A stretch of DNA of 64,000 nucleotides, taken from a plasmid. The first letter of the stretch is position 1; the number at the start of each line of letters is the position of its first letter. Below the pieces are notes generated by a model that saw only the letters and a list, made by a program, of their open reading frames with translations, was not told the DNA's origin and searched no databases. Shown here in pieces: positions 33,554-44,802 of this stretch. Location: sequence record CP019900.1; one strand, written 5' to 3'. The translations under genes were made by a program, and so were the position numbers.

Positions 33554-34831
33554 ATGATTTCACGCTGGAAATGGATTCTGAAGCAGACATTTAAAAAGCT
33601 ATGGTTCAGGGCAACGTTATTCGCCATTGTCGCGATAATAACGGCCCTTTTATCAATTCTTTTTAAATCAATGATACCTGAGTCGGTTTCCGTGAAGGTT
33701 GGTGCGGAAGCAGTCGATAACATTCTGAACATACTGGCATCGAGTATGCTGGCAGTGACCACTTTTTCGTTGAGTATCATGGTCACAGCCTACGGTTCAG
33801 CCACTACTAATGTGACTCCCAGAGCTACGCGTTTAGTTGTTGAAGACGTGACCACACAAAATGTACTGGCCACCTTCATCGGTTCTTTTCTCTTCAGTCT
33901 GGTAGGGATTATTGCCCTCAATATGGGAGCTTATGGAGAAAGGGGGAGAGTCATTTTATTCATTGTCACACTGGTTGTCATTGCCTTAATCCTCATCACA
34001 TTGCTTCGCTGGATACAGCATTTGACCTCTCTGGGGAGGGTTGGTGAGACAACGGCAAAAGTAGAACAGGCGGCCATCGAATCATTTATTGCGAGAGCAA
34101 GAAATCCCTTTCTCGGCGGATATCCATGGCTTGAGAACAATGAACAGCCGAAAGGAACGGTTGCAGTTTATCCGAAGAAGATTGGCTATGTTGAATATAT
34201 TGATATGGTGAAACTTAGCAAACTGCTGACCAATGATCCCCGTCATGTATACCTCGTGGCGCAGCCAGGCAGTTTCATACATCCATCCATGCCAGTTTTG
34301 TACCTGAGTCAAGGCCAGGAGTCATCAATCAGCGCCGATTTACTTGAGACGATTATTGTCTCGGATGTACGTTCATTTGCTCAGGATCCCCGATTTTGTC
34401 TTAGCGTCATGGCCGAAATAGCCTGCCGGGCCCTTTCCCCCGCAGTGAACGATCCTGGAACCGCCATTGATGTCATTGGCAGAGGTGTTCGTATACTTTC
34501 CACTTACGCGCAGAATAAATCTGATGAAATAGAAGTGAAATATCCTTCAGTTCATGTTGCACCACTTCAGAATAACGATCTACTGGAAGACTTTTTCTCA
34601 CCTGTCGCGCGCGATGGCGCCAGTATGAGGGAGATTCAGATAAGAGTCCTTAAAGGACTGTCTATGCTGAGTAAGGGTTGGCCTGGGGTATTTTCTGAGG
34701 CCGCGCATAATTTAGCATTTGAAACATTAGAGCATGCAACACGTGCTGACCATATAAATTCTGAAAAATATCTAATAAAATCAATTTATTATAATTTATT
34801 TGGTGGCGAAGATTCTAATAAAAAACCATAG
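33554..34831 (+). CDS. membrane protein, DUF2254-like
   Basis: Four N-terminal transmembrane helices followed by a soluble domain. Recalled resemblance to DUF2254 proteins (low certainty). Confidence 0.5.
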   Translation: MISRWKWILKQTFKKLWFRATLFAIVAIITALLSILFKSMIPESVSVKVGAEAVDNILNILASSMLAVTTFSLSIMVTAYGSATTNVTPRATRLVVEDVTTQNVLATFIGSFLFSLVGIIALNMGAYGERGRVILFIVTLVVIALILITLLRWIQHLTSLGRVGETTAKVEQAAIESFIARARNPFLGGYPWLENNEQPKGTVAVYPKKIGYVEYIDMVKLSKLLTNDPRHVYLVAQPGSFIHPSMPVLYLSQGQESSISADLLETIIVSDVRSFAQDPRFCLSVMAEIACRALSPAVNDPGTAIDVIGRGVRILSTYAQNKSDEIEVKYPSVHVAPLQNNDLLEDFFSPVARDGASMREIQIRVLKGLSMLSKGWPGVFSEAAHNLAFETLEHATRADHINSEKYLIKSIYYNLFGGEDSNKKP

Positions 34832-35322
34832 TTGCGGAGCAAGCGATTCGGTTGTTGGCAAGTAAAGGGGGTCCGCTTGGAAAACGGAATCTATGGTCAC
34901 TCCCGTTTTTGCAACACCGATTTTGACGACAAGTTGGCTTGCTTGAATCTATCCGGCGTCTGAATGGGATTTTATTCCCGCGCCTCGATGAGTTCCGCGC
35001 CTGATGAACCTCCAGAAAATATACGGCTTCAATGAGCCTTTCCGTTTTACAGGTTCCTCAACAGGCCGGTGGGCCGTTAGTATCATCAATATCAGTATTC
35101 GCAAAACCAGATGAATGATTGTTTAAACTGGTGTATTTCTGCCTTTATGCTTCGTAAGTTTGCTGTCGCGCCGTCAGTGCCCAGGCTATTCTGGCCAGCT
35201 TGTTTGCCAGAGCACAGGTGACGACAAAGTTGCTTTTCCGACACAACAACTCCCTGACCCAGTCGGCCAACTTGCCAGACTGGTGTTCCAGTTTTTGTAT
35301 ACTTCAAAAGGGACGAATTTGT

Positions 35323-36003
35323 ATGTCACGACGCCATATTTTCACCGAACGGCAGCGAGCAGCGCTGTTCGATCTGCCCACGGACGAACTGTCGCTACTG
35401 AAGTTCTACACGCTGGGCGATGATGACCTGGAAAACATTAGGCAGCGCCGCAGACCGGAAAACAGGATTGGCTTTGCCCTGCAACTTTGTGCCTTACGAT
35501 ATCCGGGCCGTGCACTGGCTCCTGGTGAGATGATCCCGCGTGAAGTCCTTTCCTTCGTCGGTGCTCAGCTTGGAGTTCCGGCTGATGCGCTTCTCACTTA
35601 TGCCACACGGCGCCAAACCCGTCAGCAGCACATGGACACGCTGCGCGAAATTTACGGCTACAAGACCTTCACGGGCCGTGGTGCCCGTGATCTGCGGGAG
35701 TGGACTTTCGGCCAGGCCGAAGATGCCAGATCAAACGAGGATCTTGCTCATCGTTTTATTGTGCGGTGTCGGGAAACTTCCACCATTCTGCCCGCAGTAT
35801 CGACAATCGAGCGCTTGTGCGCGGATGCTCTGGTCGCCGCTGAGCGGCGGATTGAAACGCGGATTGTGGAAAATTTAACAGCGGATGTTCGCGATCACCT
35901 GGACAAACTTCTGAGTGAAATGCTCGCCGGCAATATCAGTCGTTTCATCTGGCTTCGCAACTTCGAGGTTGGTAACAACTCGGCTGCTGCTAACGGGGTC
36001 TGA
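35323..36003 (+). pseudogene. tnpA: Tn3-family transposase, N-terminal ~225 codons only; it ends inside the following inverted repeat
   Basis: MSRRHIFTERQRAALFDLP...IRQRRRPENRIGFALQLCALRYPG...REIYGYKTF aligns with the N-terminus of TnpA 41758..44766 but is clearly divergent. It stops at GGG GTC TGA within the inverted repeat. Confidence 0.8.
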
Positions 36004-36269
36004 GGGCCAATGGAACGAAAACGTACGCTAAGGAAATAACCAATTGTTATAATTGATATTATTCATTCTTCTCTATGAACTGAAAGCCCGCACTAAGCAA
36101 TGTTTTAGCCTCAAATGACTTTTTTACCTACCCAACTAACGTAACGATCGCACATCAGGTCGTTTTTCAACCGCATAGTGACACCTGCACTCACATGCGA
36201 GAAAACACATATGATTTTGACTTCTTGTTTTGGTGGAGAGACAATACCCATTCATAGCAGGAGTACATA

Positions 36270-36623
36270 ATGCCAGAAATTGCATCCCTACAACTTTTCA
36301 AAATACTATCTGATGAAACCCGCCTGGGTATCGTGCTACTGCTCAGGGAGATGGGGGAGCTGTGCGTATGCGATCTCTGCACAGCGCTGGAACAATCACA
36401 ACCCAAGACCTCCCGCCATCTGGCGATGCTTCGGGAAAGTGGCCTGTTGCTGGATCGCAAGCAGGGGAAATGGGTTCATTATCGCTTATCCCCGCATATT
36501 CCTTCCTGGGCTGCCCTGGTGATTGAGCAGGCCTGGTTAAGTCAACAGGACGACGTACAGGCCATCGCCCGTAAGCTGGCATCGGCCAACTGCTCTGGCA
36601 GCGGTAAGGCTGTTTGTATCTAA
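36270..36623 (+). CDS. arsR: arsenical resistance operon repressor
   Basis: Near-identical to R773 ArsR (LQLFKILSDETRLGIVLLLREMGELCVCDLC...). Confidence 0.95.
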   Translation: MPEIASLQLFKILSDETRLGIVLLLREMGELCVCDLCTALEQSQPKTSRHLAMLRESGLLLDRKQGKWVHYRLSPHIPSWAALVIEQAWLSQQDDVQAIARKLASANCSGSGKAVCI

Positions 36624-36670
36624 AAATTTTGCCTGTACATATATGTTTTTACGAATATGAGGTGTTAAAG

Positions 36671-37033
36671 ATGAAAATGTTAACGGTGTTTGATCCGGCG
36701 ATGTGCTGCAGTACCGGCGTTTGTGGTTCAGATGTCGATCAGGTTTTGGTCAATTTTTCTGCTGATGTGCAATGGCTGAAAGGGCGTGGGGTTCAGATCG
36801 AACGTTATAACCTGGCGCAGTAGCCTATGAGCTTCGTTGAGAACGAAAAAGCGAAAGCATTCCTTGAGGCTTCTGGAGCTGAAGGGCTTCCGCTGCTGTT
36901 GCTTGATGGTGAAACGGTGATGGCCGGGCGATACCCAAAACGCGCTGAACTGGCTCGCTGGTTTGGTATACCGCTGGAAAAGGTGGGTTTAGCTTCCACC
37001 AGTTGCTGTGGTGGTAAAACTTCCTGTTGTTGA
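36671..37033 (+). pseudogene. arsD: arsenic metallochaperone gene with an in-frame amber codon (TAG at 36821..36823)
   Basis: MKMLTVFDPAMCCSTGVCG...VQIERYNLAQ*PMSFVENEK...SCCGGKTSCC. R773 ArsD has LAQQPMSF at this point, so this is a CAG to TAG change at codon ~51. Confidence 0.8.
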
Positions 37034-37050
37034 GTATGTCAGGAGGACAT

Positions 37051-38802
37051 ATGAAATTCTTAGAGAATATCCCGTCTTACCTGTTTTTCACCGGTAAGGG
37101 AGGTGTAGGCAAAACTTCGATTTCCTGCGCAACGGCTATACGTCTGGCTGAACTGGGAAAGCGTGTTCTGCTTGTCAGTACCGACCCGGCTTCCAATGTC
37201 GGTCAGGTATTCGATCAGACTATCGGTAACACTATCCAGCCCGTGACTGCTGTGTCTGGTCTTTCGGCTCTGGAGATTGACCCGCAGGACGCCGCCCAGC
37301 AATACCGCGCCAGAATCGTTGACCCTATTAAAGGTCTTTTGCCTGATGACGTTGTTAACAGCATCAGTGAACAGCTTTCAGGAGCTTGTACGACAGAGAT
37401 CGCTGCATTCGACGAGTTTACTGGCTTACTGACTGACGCTTCTCTGCTGACCCGCTTTGATCACATCATTTTTGATACTGCCCCAACTGGCCACACTATT
37501 CGCCTTCTTCAGCTTCCCGGAGCCTGGAGCAGCTTCATCGAAAGTAACCCGGATGGTGCTTCCTGTCTTGGTCCAATGGCTGGGCTGGAAAAACAACGCG
37601 AGCAATATGCTCATGCGGTTGAGGCATTATCCGATCCTGAACGAACTCGCCTTGTGCTGGTCGCGCGATTGCAAAAATCAACACTGCAGGAAGTCGCTCG
37701 TACTCATGACGAATTATCAGCTATTGGCCTTAAAAATCAGTATTTAGTCATTAACGGTGTCCTGCCTGCGAGCGAAGCAGAACGTGATGCACTGGCCGCT
37801 GCAATATGGCAACGGGAGCAAGAGGCGCTGGCAAATCTTCCTGCCGGGTTATCTGATTTGCCGACAGACAACTTATACCTGCAGCCGCTGAACATGGTTG
37901 GTGTATCCGCATTGAAAGGCCTGCTCAACGAACACGCTGAGATAACATCGCTTCCTGAACAAAGCCCACAGAACAAGCCAGAGAATATGTCGTTGTCTGT
38001 CCTGGTTGATGATATCGCCCGCAGTGAACACGGTTTGATTATGCTGATGGGCAAAGGTGGTGTGGGCAAAACCACAATGGCTGCGGCTATCGCCGTCAGT
38101 CTGGCGGATAAGGGTTTTGATGTGCATCTCACCACCTCAGATCCTGCTGCACATCTCAGTACAACGCTCAATGGCAGCCTCAAAAATCTGCAGGTCAGCC
38201 GAATCAACCCTCACGATGAAACTGAACGCTATCGTCAGCATGTTCTTGAGACGAAAGGCAGGGATCTGGATGAGGCTGGGAAACGGCTGCTCGAAGAGGA
38301 TTTACGTTCTCCTTGCACAGAAGAGATTGCGGTGTTCCAGGCGTTTTCACGCGTAATTCGTGAAGCTGGCAAACGGTTTGTGGTCATGGATACGGCACCT
38401 ACCGGGCATACGCTATTACTGCTTGATGCTACCGGGGCTTATCACCGTGAGATTGCCAGGAAGATGGGGGATAAAGGTCATTTTACCACTCCGATGATGC
38501 AGCTTCAGGACCAGGAACGTACCAAAGTTTTGCTGGTCACTCTGCCTGAAACCACACCTGTACTGGAAGCGGCAAACCTGCAGTCCGATCTTGAACGTGC
38601 GGGGATTCATCCCTGGGGCTGGATTATCAATAACAGCCTTTCGATTGCACAGACGCAATCGCCGCTGCTTTGCCAGCGCGCCCTACAAGAGCGTCCTCAA
38701 ATCGAGGTTGTGAAAAACCAGCATGCAAGCCGCATAGCGTTAGTACCGGTAATGGCTGCAGAGCCCACTGGCATCGAGAAACTCAGAGAGCTGGTTGTTT
38801 AA
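37051..38802 (+). CDS. arsA: arsenite-transporting ATPase
   Basis: MKFLENIPSYLFFTGKGGVGKTSISCATAIRLAE... with two P-loop halves. GGAGG ribosome-binding site before the ATG. Collinear with R773 ArsA. Confidence 0.95.
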   Translation: MKFLENIPSYLFFTGKGGVGKTSISCATAIRLAELGKRVLLVSTDPASNVGQVFDQTIGNTIQPVTAVSGLSALEIDPQDAAQQYRARIVDPIKGLLPDDVVNSISEQLSGACTTEIAAFDEFTGLLTDASLLTRFDHIIFDTAPTGHTIRLLQLPGAWSSFIESNPDGASCLGPMAGLEKQREQYAHAVEALSDPERTRLVLVARLQKSTLQEVARTHDELSAIGLKNQYLVINGVLPASEAERDALAAAIWQREQEALANLPAGLSDLPTDNLYLQPLNMVGVSALKGLLNEHAEITSLPEQSPQNKPENMSLSVLVDDIARSEHGLIMLMGKGGVGKTTMAAAIAVSLADKGFDVHLTTSDPAAHLSTTLNGSLKNLQVSRINPHDETERYRQHVLETKGRDLDEAGKRLLEEDLRSPCTEEIAVFQAFSRVIREAGKRFVVMDTAPTGHTLLLLDATGAYHREIARKMGDKGHFTTPMMQLQDQERTKVLLVTLPETTPVLEAANLQSDLERAGIHPWGWIINNSLSIAQTQSPLLCQRALQERPQIEVVKNQHASRIALVPVMAAEPTGIEKLRELVV

Positions 38803-38850
38803 TTTTTTTTGTATATACAGGGCGGCAAAGCCGTCCTGTCTGGAGGATTT

Positions 38851-40140
38851 ATGTTACTGGCAGGCGCTATTTTTGTCCTGACCATCGTTTTGGTTATCTG
38901 GCAACCGAAGGGATTAGGGATCGGCTGGAGTGCGACGCTGGGCGCGGTACTGGCGCTGATCTCTGGCGTAGTCCATTTTGGTGATATCCCTGTAGTGTGG
39001 AATATTGTCTGGAATGCGACGGCGACCTTTATTGCCGTGATTATTATCAGCCTTCTGCTCGATGAATCGGGCTTTTTCGAATGGGCGGCGCTGCACGTTT
39101 CACGTTGGGGTAACGGTCGCGGGCGTTTGCTGTTTACCTATATCGTTTTGCTCGGCGCAGCGGTGGCGGCACTGTTTGCCAACGATGGTGCGGCATTGAT
39201 TCTGACGCCAATTGTTATCGCCATGCTGCTTGCATTAGGTTTCAGCAAAGGCACTACGCTGGCATTTGTCATGGCCGCCGGGTTTATTGCCGATACGGCC
39301 AGTCTGCCGCTTATCGTGTCCAACCTGGTTAACATCGTTTCTGCAGACTTCTTTGGGCTGGGTTTCACTGAGTATGCGTCGGTAATGGTGCCGGTGGATA
39401 TCGCAGCCATTATCGCCACGCTGGTGATGCTGCATCTGTTCTTCCGCAAAGATATTCCGCCAACTTACGACCTGGCTCTCCTGAAAGCACCGGCAAAAGC
39501 GATTAAAGATCTGGCAACCTTCAGAACCGGCTGGATAGTGTTGATCCTTCTTCTGGTTGGCTTTTTCGTCCTTGAGCCGTTGGGTATCCCGGTCAGTGCG
39601 ATTGCTGCTGTAGGGGCTGTCATTCTGTTTGCGGTGGCGAAGCGAGGTCATGCCATTAACACTGGCAAAGTGCTTCGCGGTGCGCCATGGCAGATCGTCA
39701 TATTCTCTCTGGGAATGTATCTGGTGATCTATGGTCTGCGTAATGCCGGACTAACAGAATACCTCTCCGGTGTGTTGAACGTGCTGGCAGATAAAGGACT
39801 TTGGGCCGCGACGTTTGGTACTGGCTTCCTGACGGCTTTCCTCTCTTCCATCATGAACAATATGCCTACCGTGCTGGTTGGTGCTCTCTCTATTGATGGC
39901 AGCACTGCAACAGGCGTTATCAAAGAGGCGATGATTTTTGCCAACGTGATTGGCTGCGATCTTGGACCGAAAATTACACCTATTGGTAGCCTGGCAACGT
40001 TGCTCTGGCTGCATGTCCTTTCACAGAAGAACATGACCATCACATGGGGATACTATTTCCGCACCGGGATCGTCATGACTCTGCCTGTGCTGTTTGTAAC
40101 GCTGGCCGCGCTGGCGCTACGTCTCTCTTTCACTTTGTAA
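38851..40140 (+). CDS. arsB: arsenite efflux permease
   Basis: [33 protein letters not shown]... collinear with R773 ArsB (429 aa). GGAGG ribosome-binding site. Confidence 0.95.
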   Translation: MLLAGAIFVLTIVLVIWQPKGLGIGWSATLGAVLALISGVVHFGDIPVVWNIVWNATATFIAVIIISLLLDESGFFEWAALHVSRWGNGRGRLLFTYIVLLGAAVAALFANDGAALILTPIVIAMLLALGFSKGTTLAFVMAAGFIADTASLPLIVSNLVNIVSADFFGLGFTEYASVMVPVDIAAIIATLVMLHLFFRKDIPPTYDLALLKAPAKAIKDLATFRTGWIVLILLLVGFFVLEPLGIPVSAIAAVGAVILFAVAKRGHAINTGKVLRGAPWQIVIFSLGMYLVIYGLRNAGLTEYLSGVLNVLADKGLWAATFGTGFLTAFLSSIMNNMPTVLVGALSIDGSTATGVIKEAMIFANVIGCDLGPKITPIGSLATLLWLHVLSQKNMTITWGYYFRTGIVMTLPVLFVTLAALALRLSFTL

Positions 40141-40152
40141 TGAGATACTGAT

Positions 40153-40578
40153 ATGAGCAACATCACCATTTATCACAACCCAGCCTGCGGCACGTCGCGT
40201 AATACGCTGGAGATGATCCGCAACAGCGGTATCGAGCCGACCGTTATTCTTTACCTTGAGACTCCACCTTCACGCGATGAGCTGGTCAAACTCATTGCAG
40301 ATATGGGCATTTCCGTCCGTACTTTGCTGCGTAAGAACGTCGAGCCGTATGAGGAACTGGGTCTTGCAGAAGATAAATTTACTGACGACCAGCTCATCGA
40401 CTTTATGCTACAGCATCCGATTCTGATCAACCGTCCGATCGTAGTGACGCCACTGGGAACTAAACTTTGCCGTCCTTCAGAGGTTGTTCTCGATATCCTT
40501 CCAGATGCCCAGAAAGCGGCTTTCACCAAGGAAGACGGTGAAAAAGTCGTTGATGATTCAGGTAAAAGACTGAAATAA
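40153..40578 (+). CDS. arsC: arsenate reductase (glutaredoxin-coupled)
   Basis: MSNITIYHNPACGTSRNTLEMIRNSGIEPTVILYLETPPSRDEL..., R773-type ArsC. Confidence 0.95.
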   Translation: MSNITIYHNPACGTSRNTLEMIRNSGIEPTVILYLETPPSRDELVKLIADMGISVRTLLRKNVEPYEELGLAEDKFTDDQLIDFMLQHPILINRPIVVTPLGTKLCRPSEVVLDILPDAQKAAFTKEDGEKVVDDSGKRLK

Positions 40579-40581
40579 AGA

Positions 40582-40604
40582 CGAAGGGGGCATTTGCCCC
40601 CTTC
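40582..40604. terminator. bidirectional hairpin terminator between arsC and the minus-strand arsA' fragment
   Basis: GAAGGGGGC-ATTT-GCCCCCTTC, a perfect 9-bp stem. Confidence 0.6.
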
Positions 40605-40608
40605 ATTA

Positions 40609-41757
<1,149 letters not shown>

Positions 41758-44700
41758 ATGCCCGTCGATTTTCTGACCACTGAGCAGGAACTGAATTATG
41801 GTCGCTATGTTGCAGAACCCAATGACGTGCAGCTGGCGCGCTATTTTCATCTTGATGAGCGGGATCTTGCCTTCATTAACCAGCGGCGGGGAAGGCATAA
41901 CCGGCTGGGAATTGCGCTTCAGCTCACCACCGCCCGTTTTCTGGGCACCTTTCTGACAGACTTAACCCGGGTTCTGCCAGGTGTTCAGCAATTTGTCGCG
42001 GTGCAGCTTAATATTCGCCGTCCGGAAGTCCTTACCCGCTACGCAGAACGGGTTACCACCCTCAGAGAGCATACTGCGCTGATTAAGGAATATTACGGTT
42101 ACCATGAATTTGGCGATTTCCCCTGGTCTTTCCGCCTGAAGCGCCTGCTGTACACCCGCGCATGGCTCAGTAATGAGCGACCCGGCCTTATGTTTGATTT
42201 TGCCACCGCGTGGCTGCTTCAGAATAAGGTCCTGCTGCCCGGAGCAACCACACTTGTACGTCTCGTCAGTGAAATACGCGAACGGGCAAATCAGCGGCTG
42301 TGGAAGAAACTGGCCGCGTTGCCGGACAGCTGGCAGACCGCCCGCGTGACGGAGCTTCTGGACATTCCTGAGGGGCAGCGTACTTCACCGCTGGAGCAAC
42401 TGAAAAAGGGACCGGTCACCGTCAGCGGCCCGGCATTTACCGAAGCGCTGGAGCGATATATCCGGCTGCGAAACCTGGAATTTTCCCGACTGAATTTTAC
42501 CGGTCTGCCTGCTATACAACTGCGTAATTTGGCCCGTTACGCAGGCATGGCGTCGGTAAAATATATCGCGCGAATGCCACAGCAGAGAAAACTGGCCGTA
42601 CTCACAGCATTCGTTAAAGCGCAGGAGACTGCGGCGCTGGATGAGGCCGTTGATGTGCTCGATATGCTGATACTGGATATCACTCGTGCGGCGAAGAAAA
42701 CGGGGCAGAAAAAACGGCTCAGGACGCTTAAAGATCTTGATCGTGCTGCGCTAATATTGGCGCGGGCATGTTCATTGTTGCTGGATGAACAGGCTGACGA
42801 TGCTGAACTGAGGGAGACCATATTCAACAGCATACCGAAAAGCAGGCTGGCAGAATCCGTCAGCAAGGTAAATGAGCTGGCCCGGCCTCAGAACAACAAT
42901 TTCCATGACGAAATGGTGGAGCAGTACGGGCGGGTAAAGCGCTTTCTTCCGGCGGTATTGCGCGACCTGCATTTCCAGGCAGCGCCAGCCGGAGAACATA
43001 CGTTGTCCGCCATTCATTATCTGACCGAACTGAACGGCTCGAAAAAGCGCATCCTGGACAATGCGCCTGAACATATTATTACCGGCCCCTGGAAACGCCT
43101 GGTATACGATGCGGAGGGCCGGATACAGCGTGCCGGTTACTCGCTTTGTCTGCTGGAGCGCCTTCAGGATGCACTACGTCGAAGGGACATCTGGCTCGAA
43201 AACAGCGATCGCTGGGGAAATCCCCGCGAGAAGCTGTTGCAGGGGGAAGAATGGCAGGCTCAGCGGGTCCCCGTTTGCCGGGCGCTGGGACATCCCACTG
43301 ATGGACATAAAGGCGTGCAACAGTTGGCGGTCCAGCTAGATGAAACCTGGAAAACCGTCGCATCCCGCTTTGAAGGAAATGCGGAGGTTCATATTTGCCA
43401 TGACGGTAAACATCCTTCCCTGACTATCAGCAGCCTGGAGAAACTGGAGGAGCCACCATCGTTGCATCGTCTCAACAGTCGGGTAAGGCTGCTACTCCCG
43501 CCAGTAGATTTGACGGAACTGTTGCTTGAAATAGATGCCAGAACGGGATTTACACGTGAGTTTACGCATGTCAGTGAATCCGGGGCCCGGGCACAGGATC
43601 TGCACATCAGCCTGTGCGCGGTCCTGATGGCAGAGGCCTGCAATATCGGGCTGGAACCGCTGATAAAGCACAATATACCGGCGCTGACGCGCCACCGGCT
43701 TAGCTGGGTAAAACAGAATTACCTCCGGGCAGAAACGCTGGTCAGCGCCAATGCCCGCCTGGTTGATTTTCAGTCCACACTGGAGCTTGCTGGCCGCTGG
43801 GGTGGTGGCGAAGTGGCTTCAGCTGATGGCATGCGCTTTGTCACGCCGGTGAAAACCGTCAATTCAGGACCTAACAGAAAATATTTTGGTTCCGGACGTG
43901 GCATCACCTGGTACAACTTCGTCTCTGATCAGTACTCTGGATTCCACGGCATCGTTGTCCCCGGCACATTACGAGATTCCATTTTTGTGCTGGAAGGCCT
44001 TCTGGAGCAGCAGACAGGGCTGAATCCGGTTGAGATCATGACAGACACAGCCGGTACCAGCGACATTATTTTTGGCCTCTTCTGGCTGCTGGGATACCAG
44101 TTTTCCCCCCGGCTTGCCGATGCCGGTGAAGCGGTATTCTGGCGAGTGGATAAATCGGCAAATTACGGTGCACTGGACGAACTGGCACGTGGTTGTGCCG
44201 ATCTGTCGAAAGCCGAGGATCAGTGGGATGAGATGATGCGAACCGCCGGTTCGCTGAAACTGGGCACCATTCATGCTTCAGAACTCATTCGCTCTTTGCT
44301 GAAAAGCTCGCGCCCATCAGGGCTGGCACAGGCGATCATGGAAGTGGGGCGCGTCAACAAGACGCTGTACCTTCTTAATTATATTGATGATGAGGATTAT
44401 CGTCGGCGGATCCTGACGCAGCTAAACCGGGGGGAAGGCCGCCATGCTGTGGCGAGGGCGATCTGCTACGGGCAGCGCGGTGAGATCAGAAAGCGCTATC
44501 GTGAAGGTCAGGAAGATCAGCTGGGGGCACTGGGCCTGGTCACTAACGCAGTGGTACTGTGGAACACACTTTATATGCAGGAAGCCCTGAGCTGGATACG
44601 CAGTAATGGAGAAGAAATCGGGGTTGAAGATATCGCCCGGTTGTCCCCACTGATGCACGGGCATATCAATATGCTGGGGCATTATACGTTTACGCTACCG

Positions 44701-44766
44701 GAGGATATTTTGAAGGGGGAACTGAGAGAACTAAATTTCAATTTAAACAATGAATTAACTTCTTAG
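41758..44766 (+). CDS. tnpA: Tn3-family transposase, full length (1002 aa)
   Basis: MPVDFLTTEQELNYGRYVAEPNDVQLARYFHLDE...DDE region...NRGEGRHAVARAICYGQRGEIRKRYREGQEDQLGALGLVTNAVVLWNTLYMQ. The stop lies inside the terminal repeat. Confidence 0.93.
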   Translation: MPVDFLTTEQELNYGRYVAEPNDVQLARYFHLDERDLAFINQRRGRHNRLGIALQLTTARFLGTFLTDLTRVLPGVQQFVAVQLNIRRPEVLTRYAERVTTLREHTALIKEYYGYHEFGDFPWSFRLKRLLYTRAWLSNERPGLMFDFATAWLLQNKVLLPGATTLVRLVSEIRERANQRLWKKLAALPDSWQTARVTELLDIPEGQRTSPLEQLKKGPVTVSGPAFTEALERYIRLRNLEFSRLNFTGLPAIQLRNLARYAGMASVKYIARMPQQRKLAVLTAFVKAQETAALDEAVDVLDMLILDITRAAKKTGQKKRLRTLKDLDRAALILARACSLLLDEQADDAELRETIFNSIPKSRLAESVSKVNELARPQNNNFHDEMVEQYGRVKRFLPAVLRDLHFQAAPAGEHTLSAIHYLTELNGSKKRILDNAPEHIITGPWKRLVYDAEGRIQRAGYSLCLLERLQDALRRRDIWLENSDRWGNPREKLLQGEEWQAQRVPVCRALGHPTDGHKGVQQLAVQLDETWKTVASRFEGNAEVHICHDGKHPSLTISSLEKLEEPPSLHRLNSRVRLLLPPVDLTELLLEIDARTGFTREFTHVSESGARAQDLHISLCAVLMAEACNIGLEPLIKHNIPALTRHRLSWVKQNYLRAETLVSANARLVDFQSTLELAGRWGGGEVASADGMRFVTPVKTVNSGPNRKYFGSGRGITWYNFVSDQYSGFHGIVVPGTLRDSIFVLEGLLEQQTGLNPVEIMTDTAGTSDIIFGLFWLLGYQFSPRLADAGEAVFWRVDKSANYGALDELARGCADLSKAEDQWDEMMRTAGSLKLGTIHASELIRSLLKSSRPSGLAQAIMEVGRVNKTLYLLNYIDDEDYRRRILTQLNRGEGRHAVARAICYGQRGEIRKRYREGQEDQLGALGLVTNAVVLWNTLYMQEALSWIRSNGEEIGVEDIARLSPLMHGHINMLGHYTFTLPEDILKGELRELNFNLNNELTS

Positions 44767-44802
44767 CGTACGTTTTCGTTCCATTGGCCCTCAAACCCCA
44801 TT

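Noticed and set aside
36614-36670. Upstream extension of arsD (MYLKILPVHICFYEYEVLK...)
   Set aside because: R773 ArsD starts at MKT(L)MVFDPAMCC. The extension lies in the arsR-arsD spacer.
37027-37050. Upstream extension of arsA (MLSMSGGH)
   Set aside because: It overlaps the arsD 3' end. ArsA homologs start at MQFL/MKFL with a GGAGG ribosome-binding site, present here before 37051.
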